Positions 11,558 through 22,318 of a DNA stretch of 46,178 nucleotides are shown here, piece by piece. The notes below the pieces were generated by a model. The model was not told where the DNA came from, ran no database searches, and was given only the letters and a program-made list of their open reading frames with translations. Location of the stretch: the NCBI RefSeq assembly GCF_004010195.1, contig NC_057750.1, positions 1,449,218-1,495,395 of the forward strand. The letters are read 5' to 3'. Made by a program: the position numbers and the translations under genes. Each line of letters begins with the position of its first letter. Positions within the stretch are counted from its first letter, which is position 1. Origin of the DNA: Chiloscyllium plagiosum. Its lineage: Eukaryota.

Positions 11558-11693
11558 TAGCTCTGAGGAAGGGTCACTCGACCGAAACGTTAACTCTGAT
11601 TTCTCTCCACTGATGCTGCCAGACCTGCTGAGCTTTTCCAGCCACTTCTGGTTTCGTTTCTGATTTACAGCATCCGCAGTTCTTTCAGTTTTT
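11558..11693 (+). mobile_element. PLE end of a related family, with hammerhead core at 11560-11594
   Basis: CTGAGGA-AG-GGTC(ACTC)GACC-GAAA-CGTT followed by 'gatgctgccagacctgctgagcttttccagc...cagcatccgcagt'. Confidence 0.75.
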
Positions 11694-11789
11694 GCCAGAA
11701 TGTTTTTCGTTTCCTGATTTGCTGTTTGTGAACATGTGATTGCTCCCTGAACAATGTTGACATTACACTTCTCCCTCAACAAGCCAGTG

Positions 11790-12480
11790 GGTGTTTTCCT
11801 GCGATTAAGCTGAAGAGTAAGTCTCTGTCTGGGTCTTGAACACAAGAACTGATGTAGGTTTGTCTGTGCAATACTGTGAGGGTGTGGTAGCACTGGAGGA
11901 GTTGTTTGTTTCAGATTTAACCAGAAGCTGCTCTGCCTTCCCAATTCATGGGTAATGGTTATATTTTTAAGACGTGTAGAGGAACTCTCCCCAACCCACC
12001 CTGAATAGTATTTATCCCTCAACCAACATTGCAGAAAGAGATTTATCCGGCCATTATCACATATGTATTTGTGGGAGCTTTCTGTGCACAAATTGTGTTT
12101 TTCTTTATTCATGGCATGAGGGTGTCACTGGCTGGGCCAGCATTTATTGCCTATCCCTAATTGCCCAGACAGCTGTTAAGAGTCAACCCCATTGCTGTGG
12201 GTCTGGTCTCACATGTAGGCCAGACCAGGTAAGGATGGCAGTTTCCTTCCCTGAAGGACATTAGTGACCCCGGTGGGTTTTTCCCAACAATCAGCAATGG
12301 ATTCATGCTCTTCATTCAACTCCATTCCAGTGTTTTATTAATTTCACATGCCACCATCTGCCGTGGTGGGATTTGAACCCCGGTGCCAAGAACATTGGTT
12401 GCTCAGCTTCCTACATTACAACAGTGATTACAGATCGCTGGCTGTAAAGTACTTTGGGATGTCCTGAGATAATGATATTT
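11790..12480 (+). mobile_element. Old Deu-domain SINE (SacSINE1/AmnSINE1-like), split by a younger SINE
   Basis: 'tatttatccctcaaccaacat...attatcaca...tttgtgggagct..ctgtgcacaaattg | ...ttcctacattacaacagtga...ggctgtaaagtactttgggatgtcctgag' resembles the Deu-SINE body and tail as I recall them. Confidence 0.65.
12096..12397 (-). mobile_element. tRNA-derived SINE with LINE-derived tail
   Basis: B box ggttcaaatccc on minus; tail 'aataaatgctggcccagccagtgacacc'. A second copy lies at 28790-29110. Confidence 0.75.
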
Positions 12481-13769
12481 CCTTCTCACTTTGACTTGAC
12501 TCTAGTGTTAAACCTCCCTCACAAAAGACCTCACAGATCACTCGATCTTTATGGGGCAATTAGTTTTCAAGACCACCTTGTCCCATTTGACTGTCAATTC
12601 CTGGTCAACAATTGGACAGGTAGCTAGGACCTCAATTGTTTATCACAGTAATTAATTGTTTCCTTTTGTTCTTAAACCCCTAATGTGCATGCGTGGGGAC
12701 TGTCAGACATGAGAGAATCAGACTCTGTGCTCAATGCATATTGCTAACGTTAGCAGCACTTATTGTAAAACCATCAATTATTTACCGGTTTTTCTTGTGA
12801 GTGGAGGTAGTTCTTTTCTCATATGCAACAAATATTTCATCGCTTGTGGGAGACTTTGACCAGTAGCTAAGTACCCTCCCTCTCAACATGCATTTTGACA
12901 ATGAGAGTTGGTAATGAAGACTCACTATAACGTAGTGAGATTATAAAGCCGCTTACACTTGGAACAGTGCAATCCAATTTCCCAGATGATGAAAAAAAAG
13001 ATAAAAATAAATACAAGGAGTTCTGCCACTGCAAGGAACCGTCTTGTGGGAATGAGATGGTGAAATTTTTATGAGTCCTCCTGGCCATCGACTCAGCTCC
13101 AACTAATTCAGGGAGCTGCCTCAGCAGGAACTCCAGAGATCCTCGGTCTTCATTCAGATATGAAGTGACATCTCACTGCATTTGAAGAATGTCTTTATAT
13201 TTTGGTGATGCTTGTGCAGTCAGAGACTCCCATCTCGAGTGAACTGTTCATTCGATGAGTGCCCATCAGTTAAAGGCACCATTCACATTTCTCAGTGACT
13301 GTGTCAGGTGGGACAGTTTGAATGGTGATAGCTCTGACTGAGGACTGGACTCACCACATCCATTAACCTCAGATACATGCGCAGACTTTCCAAAGTCCAT
13401 TATTCCTTGCTTTTCAGTCACTGGGCATAATATAAACAGAGGCTTTTTCCAACATTGTTTTCTGAATAGCTGCATCTCAGCCCTGGGCGGTGAGAGCTTA
13501 CAAATAAAGAAACCACTGACAGGCCGACAAAAAAACTCAGCTGAGGACAGTATCATTTCACAATGAAGCAGCCCTGGCTTTGCTCTCAAAAGTCTGCATC
13601 TTCAGTCTGAGCCTGCGTTCCAGGTGCCTTTGTGTTCCCCAGCTTTCTCCCTCCTCTCTCATAATTTCACACCTCCCCCAGTCTTGACCCTCCCCTTCCT
13701 TTCCAACTTTGCTTCACTCCCTCTTTGTACCCATCTCATACCTCCACTTCCCGCCCAACGTTATACACC

Positions 13770-15015
13770 TGACACACACATCTCCTCTTCCCCTACAGTT
13801 TCAAACACACAGATACACACACACACAGATACACTCACACAAATATACTCACACACAGATATACATGCATGCACACCCTCACACAGATATACGCACACAC
13901 ACGCATGTACACCCTCACACAGAAACACACGCACACACAGATGCACACATACACAGATAGACACGCACGTACACACACAGATATGCAGATACACATACAC
14001 ACAGATACACACGCACACACACACAGGTACACAGAAACAGATACACATGACACACAGATACACTTACAAGATACACATGCACATTGTTATAATGTGGGGT
14101 AAACCCCTCTGCTAATTTAAACCCGACACACAGTGAAGCTCATCTCACTCCATAATCTGTTACATTTCGAGAGGCAAAGAACTATCCCAGATGTCACTAT
14201 TTATTGTAAAAATTAACAATTTTATTCTTTAAGTCCAACAGAGAATATTAAAACCAACAACTATTTACAACTCCTTTCTCTTAAATCTATCTTTTACCTT
14301 CCACTCTACAATTCTGGTTTGATAAAAAAATCCTGATTAAGATTTACAAAAAAAATCACAATTCAAAACCAGTCAGCTGTGTCGATTCTCCTTTGTAGAG
14401 TTTCCTCTGTAGATTTTCTCTAGGTCAGTTTCGATGTTCTGCTGCTCAAACTTCTTAGAGGCAGGTACCTTTCAGAGAACTCTTCAACTAGCAGTCTATA
14501 TTTGTTGGTGATTTGGCAGTTCTCCCCTTAACTGTTCAAAATGTCCGGTTTTATACCCAAACATCAAAACATTTCATTGGTCTTAATATTAAAATACTAA
14601 ATTCAAATTTGATTACATTTTGGTATCTTGGGGCATAATTTAAACTGATTGGTCAAATTTGAATTTGTTTTTGTTTCATGGCAACCAAACTGCTGCTTAT
14701 TTCTTTTGACTAAGTGTTCCATTGTTACCTTGTTCAGGACTCTCTGTGCTTTGTCCATCCTTGCTAGCTTCTCAACTCTCCCAAAGGTAGAGTACACCTC
14801 TACACCTGCATAACACACACACTCTCACATACAGTCACATACACAGATACACGTATACGCATGCACACACACAGGCACACACACAGATACACAAACACAA
14901 TCACTCACATATACATTCACAAACAGATACACACTCACATACAGACACATACACACACACAGACATACATACACACCCCCCTACAAGCACACACAGACAG
15001 ATACACATTCACACA
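13770..15015. repeat. Degenerate (CA)n low-complexity tract interrupted by a solo LTR
   Basis: CA/ACAGAT-rich runs at 13770-14084 and 14816-15015. Confidence 0.9.
14085..14815 (-). mobile_element. Solo LTR (731 bp)
   Basis: Perfect inverted termini TGTTAT...ATAACA; flanks cacat/cacac. On the minus strand CCAAT (~14650, ~14578), TATAAAA (~14550) and AATAAA (~14200-14225) occur in promoter-to-polyA order. Confidence 0.8.
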
Positions 15016-16149
15016 TTGGGCAGGAAGTTGGGGAGGCTTGTAGGGGGTGTGTGAATGAAGGGGTGGGGATGTTTGCGTGGAGTGGTTGGGGTTTGGGGCT
15101 GGAGTGGGGGTGGATGGGGGGAGGTAACTCCTGATTTCCAGTGGGAGGCAGCTCATGTGAAACAGAAACAATGAGGCCGATCCATGAACACAGTGACCCG
15201 TTTGTGGCATTACAGTGATGGTGCCCATTGCTGATACCATGAGGTGGCCCAGGGTGAGAGTTAGTGGTTAAACACAGTGGCTCATGTTTATATTGAGGGA
15301 TGCCATCAACCCAAATGAGATAGTCTGGACCCGGTCACCAGGTAACACAATCCTCAGGACTCTCAATCCTGGCCGCAGAGAACAGTGTCTATTCCCCTGA
15401 CTATGTTGCTCCCATTTCTCTTTTCTCCCCCATCCTGAGCATTGTGGCTCCCTGGACCACAGCTTTTGCCAGTTTGTTCATCCTCCCTACATCCCCCACT
15501 CCCATCCACACAGGGAGCAAGAATCTCCAAGTTGTTAGACACTCTCCAGGACTGAGGCTCCTTCAGCACTACCTCCTGGATCCCACTACCTGCCTCACTC
15601 ATGGCCACACCCTCCTGCCCCTGATGACTGACCCAGTTTGAGGAAGGTAACTAAAGGGTAATTGAAGTTTCTCATCGTTGAAGCTATTTTGTAACTCGCT
15701 TCCCCACTCTCTTCAAAGGGTTCACGCTCTTCCTGTGATCTGGTGCCAAAACTGTCTACTCCAATATACCAGCTGAGCCCACTTGCTTGTACATGCCATC
15801 ACCTCTGTTTAATGTTGAACAGCCAAATGAAGAAATAGGTACCAAATGAGTATACGGACCCCATGCCCGTGCCAACTCTTTGTCTCCTGGATCACTTTAA
15901 GACTAACGTGTTACCTCAATCGCCCATTGACCCTGAACATGTGACTGAAACATCCCCTCCCTGAGCATGCTCAGTAACCACAGGCTAGGTAAATGCTACC
16001 CTGCCAATTTTAAAAGTGAATCATTTAATCACTAGAATTAACAAAGATATTTAAAAATGTTTAGGGAAAGCCATTATTAAGAAGAAAAGGTTTTTTTAAC
16101 AAGAAAGAAATCAAAATGCCAATCAAACAATATTCTATATAATGTGACA

Positions 16150-16482
16150 ATGGATGTAAGTTAGCTCACTGAGCTGGAAGGTTTGTTTTCAGATGTTTCG
16201 CCACTATCAGTGAGAGGCTCTGGTGAAGCACTGGTGTTATGTTCCGCCTCTCGATTTATAAGTCTTGGTTTCTGAAGGTGAGTGATGTCATTTCTGGTTC
16301 TTTTTTCCAAGGGAAGGTAGATAGGAACTAAATCGAAGTGTTTATTGATGGAGTTCTGGTTAGAATGCCGTGTCTCTAAGAATTCTTGTGCGTGTCTTTG
16401 TTTCGTCTGTCCTAGGATGTGTGTGTTGTCCCAGTGAAAGTGGTGTCCTTCTTTGTCTGCACGTATAGAAACTAGTGATAGT
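16150..16482 (-). mobile_element. Penelope-like element 3' remnant (GIY-YIG endonuclease C-terminus + pLTR)
   Basis: Minus translation LSLVSIRADKEGHHFHWDNTHILGQTKQRHAQEFLETRHSNQNSINKHFDLVPIYLPL; deleted hammerhead remnant 'cactgatagtggcgaaacatctg'. Confidence 0.82.
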
Positions 16483-16675
16483 GTATGTGAGTCTCAAAAA
16501 ATTGCTAATAATGTGGCTATTTTAGAATACTGTCTTCTAACAATTCAGGGTGAATGCAGTACAGTGTGTGTGTTTTGATTTTGATATCGATCAGAGAAAA
16601 TGTTCTACAATATTCAGAGATGCGCAGTTGTGTTCTGATATCTCATGTTCCACTTTTGATTTTATTTGAAGCCCA

Positions 16676-17155
16676 TTCTGTGATGCCACGTACTTGCATG
16701 TTCTGTGATGCCACGTACTTGCATGTTCTGTGATGCCACGTACTTGCATGTTCTGTGATGCCATGTACTTGCATGTTCTGGGATGCCACGTACTTGCATG
16801 TTCTGTGACGCCATGTACTTGCATGTTCTGTGATGCCACGTACTTGCATGTTCTGTGATGCCATGTACTTGCATGCTCTGTGATGCCACGTACTTGCATG
16901 TTCTGTGATGCCACGTACTTGCATGTTCTGTGATGCCACATACTTGCATGTTCTGTGATGCCACGTACTTGCATGTTCTGTGATGCCATGTACTTGCATG
17001 TTCTGGGATGCCATGTACTTGCATGTTCTGTGATGCCATGTACTTGCATGTTCTGTGATGCCACGTACTTGCATGTTCTGTGATGCCACATACTTGCATG
17101 TTCTGTGATGCCACGTACTTGCATGTTCTGTGATGCCATGTACTTGCATGTTCTG
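16676..17155. repeat. 25-bp minisatellite, 19 full units
   Basis: Unit TTCTGTGATGCCACGTACTTGCATG with exact 25-bp period and no spacers. Confidence 0.98.
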
Positions 17156-17269
17156 CGCAGTTCCAGTCATTCGGGTTTACATTTGGCTAGTATGTTCAAA
17201 CAATCATTTCTGTTGCCCCAACCTCCCAGAAGGGAATGCACGATCGGGATTTTAATATATCTTTAATGT

Positions 17270-17447
17270 TGACTCAATAAAGTGCGAAGCTGCAAAAAAA
17301 CCCACAGCAGGTCAGGAAGCATCCAAGGAGCAGGAAAGTCAACATTTCAGGCAGGATCCTCCTTCAGGACCCCTGACCTGCTGTGTTTCTCCAGCACCAC
17401 ACTTTATCGACTCTGACTCTCCAGCATCTGCAGGCCTCACTATCTCC
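17270..17447 (+). mobile_element. Older PLE-derived self-inverted short element
   Basis: 'cacagcaggtcaggaagcatccaaggagcagg...cctgacctgctgtg...ctccagcatctgcaggcctcactatctcc'. Confidence 0.78.
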
Positions 17448-17637
17448 TATAGCTTTATGGTATCATTTCCCAATGTGGGTTTACCAACTTTGTCAACAAG
17501 TAACCAGTCCCATTGTTGAGTAACCAATCCCATGATCGAATGATGTATCCCATTGACGAGTGACCAAGCTCCTATCCATGAGCTAGCAATTATCCTCCCA
17601 GCCACTATTACCAAAACTTCAATCATTGAATTAGCTA

Positions 17638-18172
17638 GGCGGCATGGTGGCTCAGTGGTTAGCACTGCTGCTTCACAGTGTCAGGGACCCAGGTTCAATT
17701 CTAGCCTCGGGCATTTGTCCATGTAGAGTTTGCACATTCTCCCCTTGTCCTTGTGGGTTTCCTCTGGGTGCTCCAGTTTCCTCCCACAGTCCAAAGATGT
17801 CCAGGTTAGGTGAATTGGCCAAGCTAAATTGCCCACAGTGTTCAAGGATGTGTAGGTTAGGTCCGTTACTCAGGGGAAATGTAGAGTAATAGGGTGGGGG
17901 AATGGGTCTGAGTGGATTACTCTTTGGAGGGCTGGTGTGGACTGGTTGGGCCAAGTAGGAGAAAGTGAGGGCTGGAGATCAGAGTGGAGACTGTGGTGCT
18001 GGAAAAGCATAGCAGGTCAGGCAGCATCCGAGAAGCAGGAGAATCGACGTTTCGGACATAAGCCTTTTATCGGGAATGAGGCTTGTGGGTTGGGGCTGAG
18101 AGATAAATGGGGGGGAGGTTGGCTGGGGGGAAGGTAAATGGCCTAGCTCCACACTGTAGGGATTCTATGATT
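17638..18172 (+). mobile_element. HE1-type V-SINE, full length, interrupted near its tail
   Basis: A/B boxes, V-domain 'gggtttcctctgggtgctccagtttcctcccacagtccaaagatg', tail 'cacactgtagggattctatgattcta'. Confidence 0.88.
17957..18133 (-). mobile_element. PLE end nested in the HE1 SINE tail
   Basis: 'aggagaaagtgagg...gctggaaaagcatagcaggtcaggcagcatcc...aatcgacgtttcgg' plus additional purine-rich PLE body. Confidence 0.8.
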
Positions 18173-18952
18173 CTAGGCTTGCTGTATGACCACAGTCTGG
18201 GTGAATATAGTTGTTCCCAAGATTCCGAGTACCATGACCATTGTTGTTTGAGAATCTGTGGCTCTGAGTATGTGAGAGTCTGATTGGAAACAGAGCACCC
18301 ACATTTCTGTATTGGCCAAGTGGGGCCAAATCTGACAATAACTACTGGATGCCAGGGGGAAAAATATACAAAACGGACAATTTCCTTTAGTAGGAACCTC
18401 TCACTTAACTCCAGGAGATAAAGTGTCCTGTGAGGGTCGCAAGGAGAAAAGTGACAGAGTGGCAGAATGAATATATCACCAAGAGTCATCACAGTTTAAA
18501 ACCGAAATCATTGGAAGTGATCTTTGTGCGAATAGATTTTGAAGTGAGGTGTCATTCTAGCTGAAAGAAGCCCCCTCCAAAACCTAAAAAGATTTGGCTC
18601 GGTAAATCCATCTGGTGGTTTCACAAGATGGAATGGGACCTAGACAATTTTTTATTTCCCATATGAATATGAAAATGGATAAGGGCTACAATTTACCGTC
18701 ACCAAGAACAACTCTCACCCTGAAAAGTATACGGAGTGAGACAGCCAACATTCATTCACCTTAATCTCCACAAATCAATCCTTTTACATCACAATTGCTC
18801 AAATCCTTTCCTTCCAGTCATTCCCTTAAGCACATTTCAACTGATGGTTTAATAATCAATAACTCATCAGGCATTGATTAACTCTGCAGGTTAATTTCAT
18901 TTAAATCAGTAAAGCCACATTAAGTTATGAGGGAGAAATTACAGCAACCAAC

Positions 18953-19572
18953 ATGTGTGTGTGTGTGTGACTGAGAGTGTGTGAGTGAGAGTGTGAGTGA
19001 GAGTGTGTGTGTGCATGTTTGTTTGAGAGTGTCTGTGTTTGTGTCTGTGTGAGTGAGTGAGTGTGTGTGTGTTTGTGTGGGTGTGTTAGTGTGCGTGTAA
19101 GTGTGTGTCTGCGCATGTGTTTGTGAGTGAGAGTATGTATGTGTGTTAGAGTGCTAGTGTGTTAGTGTGTGTGCATGAGTGTGTGCGTGAGTGTGTATGT
19201 GTGAGAGTGTGTGAGCGTGTGTGTGTNNNNNNNNNNNNNNNNNNNNNNNNNNNNNNNNNNNNNNNNNNNNNNNNNNNNNNNNNNNNNNNNNNNNNNNNNN
19301 NNNNNNNNNNNNNNNNNNNNNNNNNNNNNNNNNNNNNNNNNNNNNNNNNNNNNNNNNNNNGTGTCTGTGGTGAGTGAGTGTGTGCATGTGTGTGTGTGTC
19401 TGTGTGAGTGAGTGTGTATGTGTGCGTTTGTGTGTGTGTGAGTGGGTGTGTGTGGGTGTGTGAGTGTGTGTGTGTGTGTGCCTGTGTGTGTGTATGCGTG
19501 TCTGTGGTGAGTGAGTGTGTGCATGTGTGTGTGTGTGTGTGTCTGTGTCTGTGTGTGCATGTGTGTGTGTGC
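18953..19572. repeat. Degenerate (TG)n tract containing an assembly gap (19227-19360)
   Basis: Direct inspection. Confidence 0.95.
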
Positions 19573-20676
19573 ATAGTTGACAGGCCCATAGCAGGCTAAA
19601 AGTCAGACAGAGTCACAACATTATATACACACACCAGAGGGAGACCTTTAAGGTTAACTCACTGTGAGCGAAGGAACATCTACAACAACCTCCTCAGCCA
19701 CAAATACTTTGCTTCCCTCGACCTGTTTCACTTAGTATCTTCCTTAATGAGAGATTAATAGTTTTCAGAATTATCCTGATTGACTGATTGCACTAACCAC
19801 TGGCTCTTTTCATCAGTAATTACTTAACAGAATGATTTGCATTCAGACAAAGTTACTGAAACCAAACTCCTTAAGATTTGGTTGAAGGTAAGTGTAACAT
19901 TCCCCCTGTGTGGTGTTTCCCTTAGATAGGTGCACTGATCCATTCAACGTGTTAAACAGCATTTTAAGTGTCTAGAAATTAATCTGAAGCAATAATTCCA
20001 GCCTGGGACTTACATTGTAGCTCGACAATTTACAATAAATCTGTGTGAGAACCGGAACTCACTGGGGAATCAAGGAATTGGTTGGGAAATTTGAGTTGAG
20101 ATAGGAGATCAGCCATGCTCTTATTGAACAGCAGAACAAGCTTGAGGGGCTGAATGGCCTCCGCCTGTTGTTTTTATTCCTGTTTTCACGAGATGATCCT
20201 TAATATCTCTGTTTAATCTTTCCAGCAGATCCATAGGATCTGGGTTGGGTCGGTTTGGGTCGAGTGGGGGAGGGGGGTGGTGTGGTGGTAGTGTTAACGA
20301 GATTGGATCAAGGCAAACTGATACTGTACAGGGATGTGACTGGAGATCAAACAACTTTCACTGAGTAACCAATTGTTCTCCCACAGTATCCTTCTGTGGC
20401 AGTCACGGTGTTGCTGCAGATGATTTGGAAACGGATATTGACAGGAATTCTTAAACAGGAATTGTTCACGGCCAACCCCCAGCCACAAACAGCTGATGCA
20501 CCAGATGGTCTGTTGATGTTCAGTGGCTGGTGAATGTCATTGTCCGTTCAGTTGTGTTATTCCTTCTATCCATGAAGTCCTGTCAAGAGGGATGGTCATC
20601 GCAGAGGGAAGGCTGGTTTACAATGAAATAGTAACACTCAGAAATGGACGTGCTGGCCGTTAGTGAAGCTTGAGAC

Positions 20677-20946
20677 TGTAGTGATTGTAACAAGGTCAGT
20701 CAGGTGGATTTCATAGAATCTGAGATCCCTGATTGGGGCTGTTAACCTGGTCCAATCAGAGAGCCCCAGCTGACATATAAACAGGAGGGTCAAGGGTTCT
20801 GCTCACTCTGAGAGCTGACTCTGAGGGAGCTGAGTCAGGGTCAGGGTCAGGGACAGTGTCAGGGTCAGGGTCAGGGACAGGGACTCTCCATGTGTAAGTA
20901 AACGGGGACTTGGTGATGGGATACTGGCCTCTGGGGAGTTATAGCA
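20677..20946 (+). mobile_element. Short solo LTR (270 bp)
   Basis: TG...CA termini with flanks agac/agat; ATTGG..CCAAT pair, TATAAA (~20776) and internal (gtcagg)n expansion. Homologous pieces at 26068-26155 and 45951-46053. Confidence 0.78.
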
Positions 20947-21140
20947 AGATAAATTGGACCAATGTGCTTCATTCACTAGTTCCACTGGGTTTTCTTTCCT
21001 GGCATAGGGATTCGATGGCAACCAGGCAAAGCTGGTTTTGAGTTTTTGAGGATAAACACGTTTTGAAAAGGCGGGTTATCAGTCGTCAGGTTATTCTAAG
21101 GAAGGGAAAATCCTTCTCTAAAACCCACCTTACTTTTAAA

Positions 21141-21437
21141 GACCATAAGACTATGAAATAGGAGTGGAAGTAAGTCTATTCAGCCCATCTAGTCCACTCT
21201 GCCATTCAATCATGGCTGATGGGCATTTCAACACCACTTACCTACACTCTCCCCATACCCCTTAACTCCTTGTGGGATTAAGAATTTATCAATCTCTGCC
21301 TTGAAGACATTTAATGTCCCGGCCTCCACTGCACTCCGAGGCAATGAATTCCACAGGCCCACCACTCTCTGGCTGAAGAAATGTCTCCTCATTTCCGTTT
21401 TAAATTGACTCCCCTCTGATTCTAAGACTGTGCCCAC
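21141..21437 (-). mobile_element. CR1 3' end
   Basis: FKTEMRRHFFSQRVVGLWNSLP...FKAEIDKFL plus tail. Confidence 0.88.
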
Positions 21438-21715
21438 CTTGTTTTTATTTAACCTTTAGTGTTTGAGAGTGTCAAATCTGGAGTCAACCATTGGCTTCCT
21501 GTGTCTAATGACAGAACTGTCCATTTATTAGCTCATCCAATTGTTTTATTCCATACCAGGCATCATTATCATAAACTGGTTTGTAAGGGATTTACAAATT
21601 AATACTGACTAGGCTGGATGCTTATCCAACAACTTCCATCGCCATCTCTTCAACTTCAAGGAAACCCATCCCTGCATTTTAATCTTAACATATTACCATT
21701 TTAATCTTTACATAC

Positions 21716-22318
21716 CAAGTATAGGAGTTGGGAGGTCATGTTGTGGCTGTATAGGACATTAATTAGGCCACTCTTTGAATATTGTGTGCAATTCTGGTCT
21801 CCTTCCTATCAGAAGGATGTTGTGAAACTTGAAAGGGTTCAGTAAAGATTTACAAGGATGTTGCCAGGGTTGGAGGGTTTGAGCTACAGGGAGAGGCTGA
21901 ATAGGCTGGGGCTATTTTCCCTGGAGCATTCGAGGCTCAAAGGTGAACTTATAGAGATTTATAAAATCATGAGGGGCATGGATAGGGTAAATAGCCAGGT
22001 ATTTTTCCTGGGGTGTGGGAGTCCAGACCTAGAGGGCATAGGTTTAGGGTGAGAGGGGAAAGATATAAAAGGGACCTAAGGGGCAACATTTTCACATAGA
22101 GGGTGGTACGTGTATGGAATGAGCTGCCAGAGGAAGTGGTGGAGGCTGGTACAATTGCAACATTTAAAAGGCATCTGGATGGGTATATGAATAGGAAGGG
22201 TTTGGAGGGATATGGACCAAGTGCTGGCAAATGGGATTAGATTGCGTTGGGATATCTGGTTGGTATGGATGGGTTGGATCGAAGGGTCTGTTTCTGTGCT
22301 GTACATCTCTATGACTCT
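21716..22318 (+). mobile_element. CR1 3' end (same subfamily as 3580-4848)
   Basis: MLPGLEGLSYRERLNRLGLFSLE...; tail 'ctgtacatctctatgactcta'. Confidence 0.92.

Noticed and set aside
11531..12112. 193-aa minus ORF
   Set aside because: Runs across a Deu-SINE and a PLE end; a chance open frame.
13624..15043. His/Thr- or Cys/Val-rich ORFs (also 18925-19599)
   Set aside because: Translations of CA/TG microsatellite.
16591..17170. Three long repetitive ORFs and a CRISPR-like appearance
   Set aside because: A stop-free 25-bp unit keeps all three minus frames open. There are no unique spacers, no cas genes, and the DNA is eukaryotic.
17638..17715. tRNA-like A/B boxes (also 9768, 30135, 39455, 45172)
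   Set aside because: SINE heads continuing into the V-domain; no complete cloverleaf.
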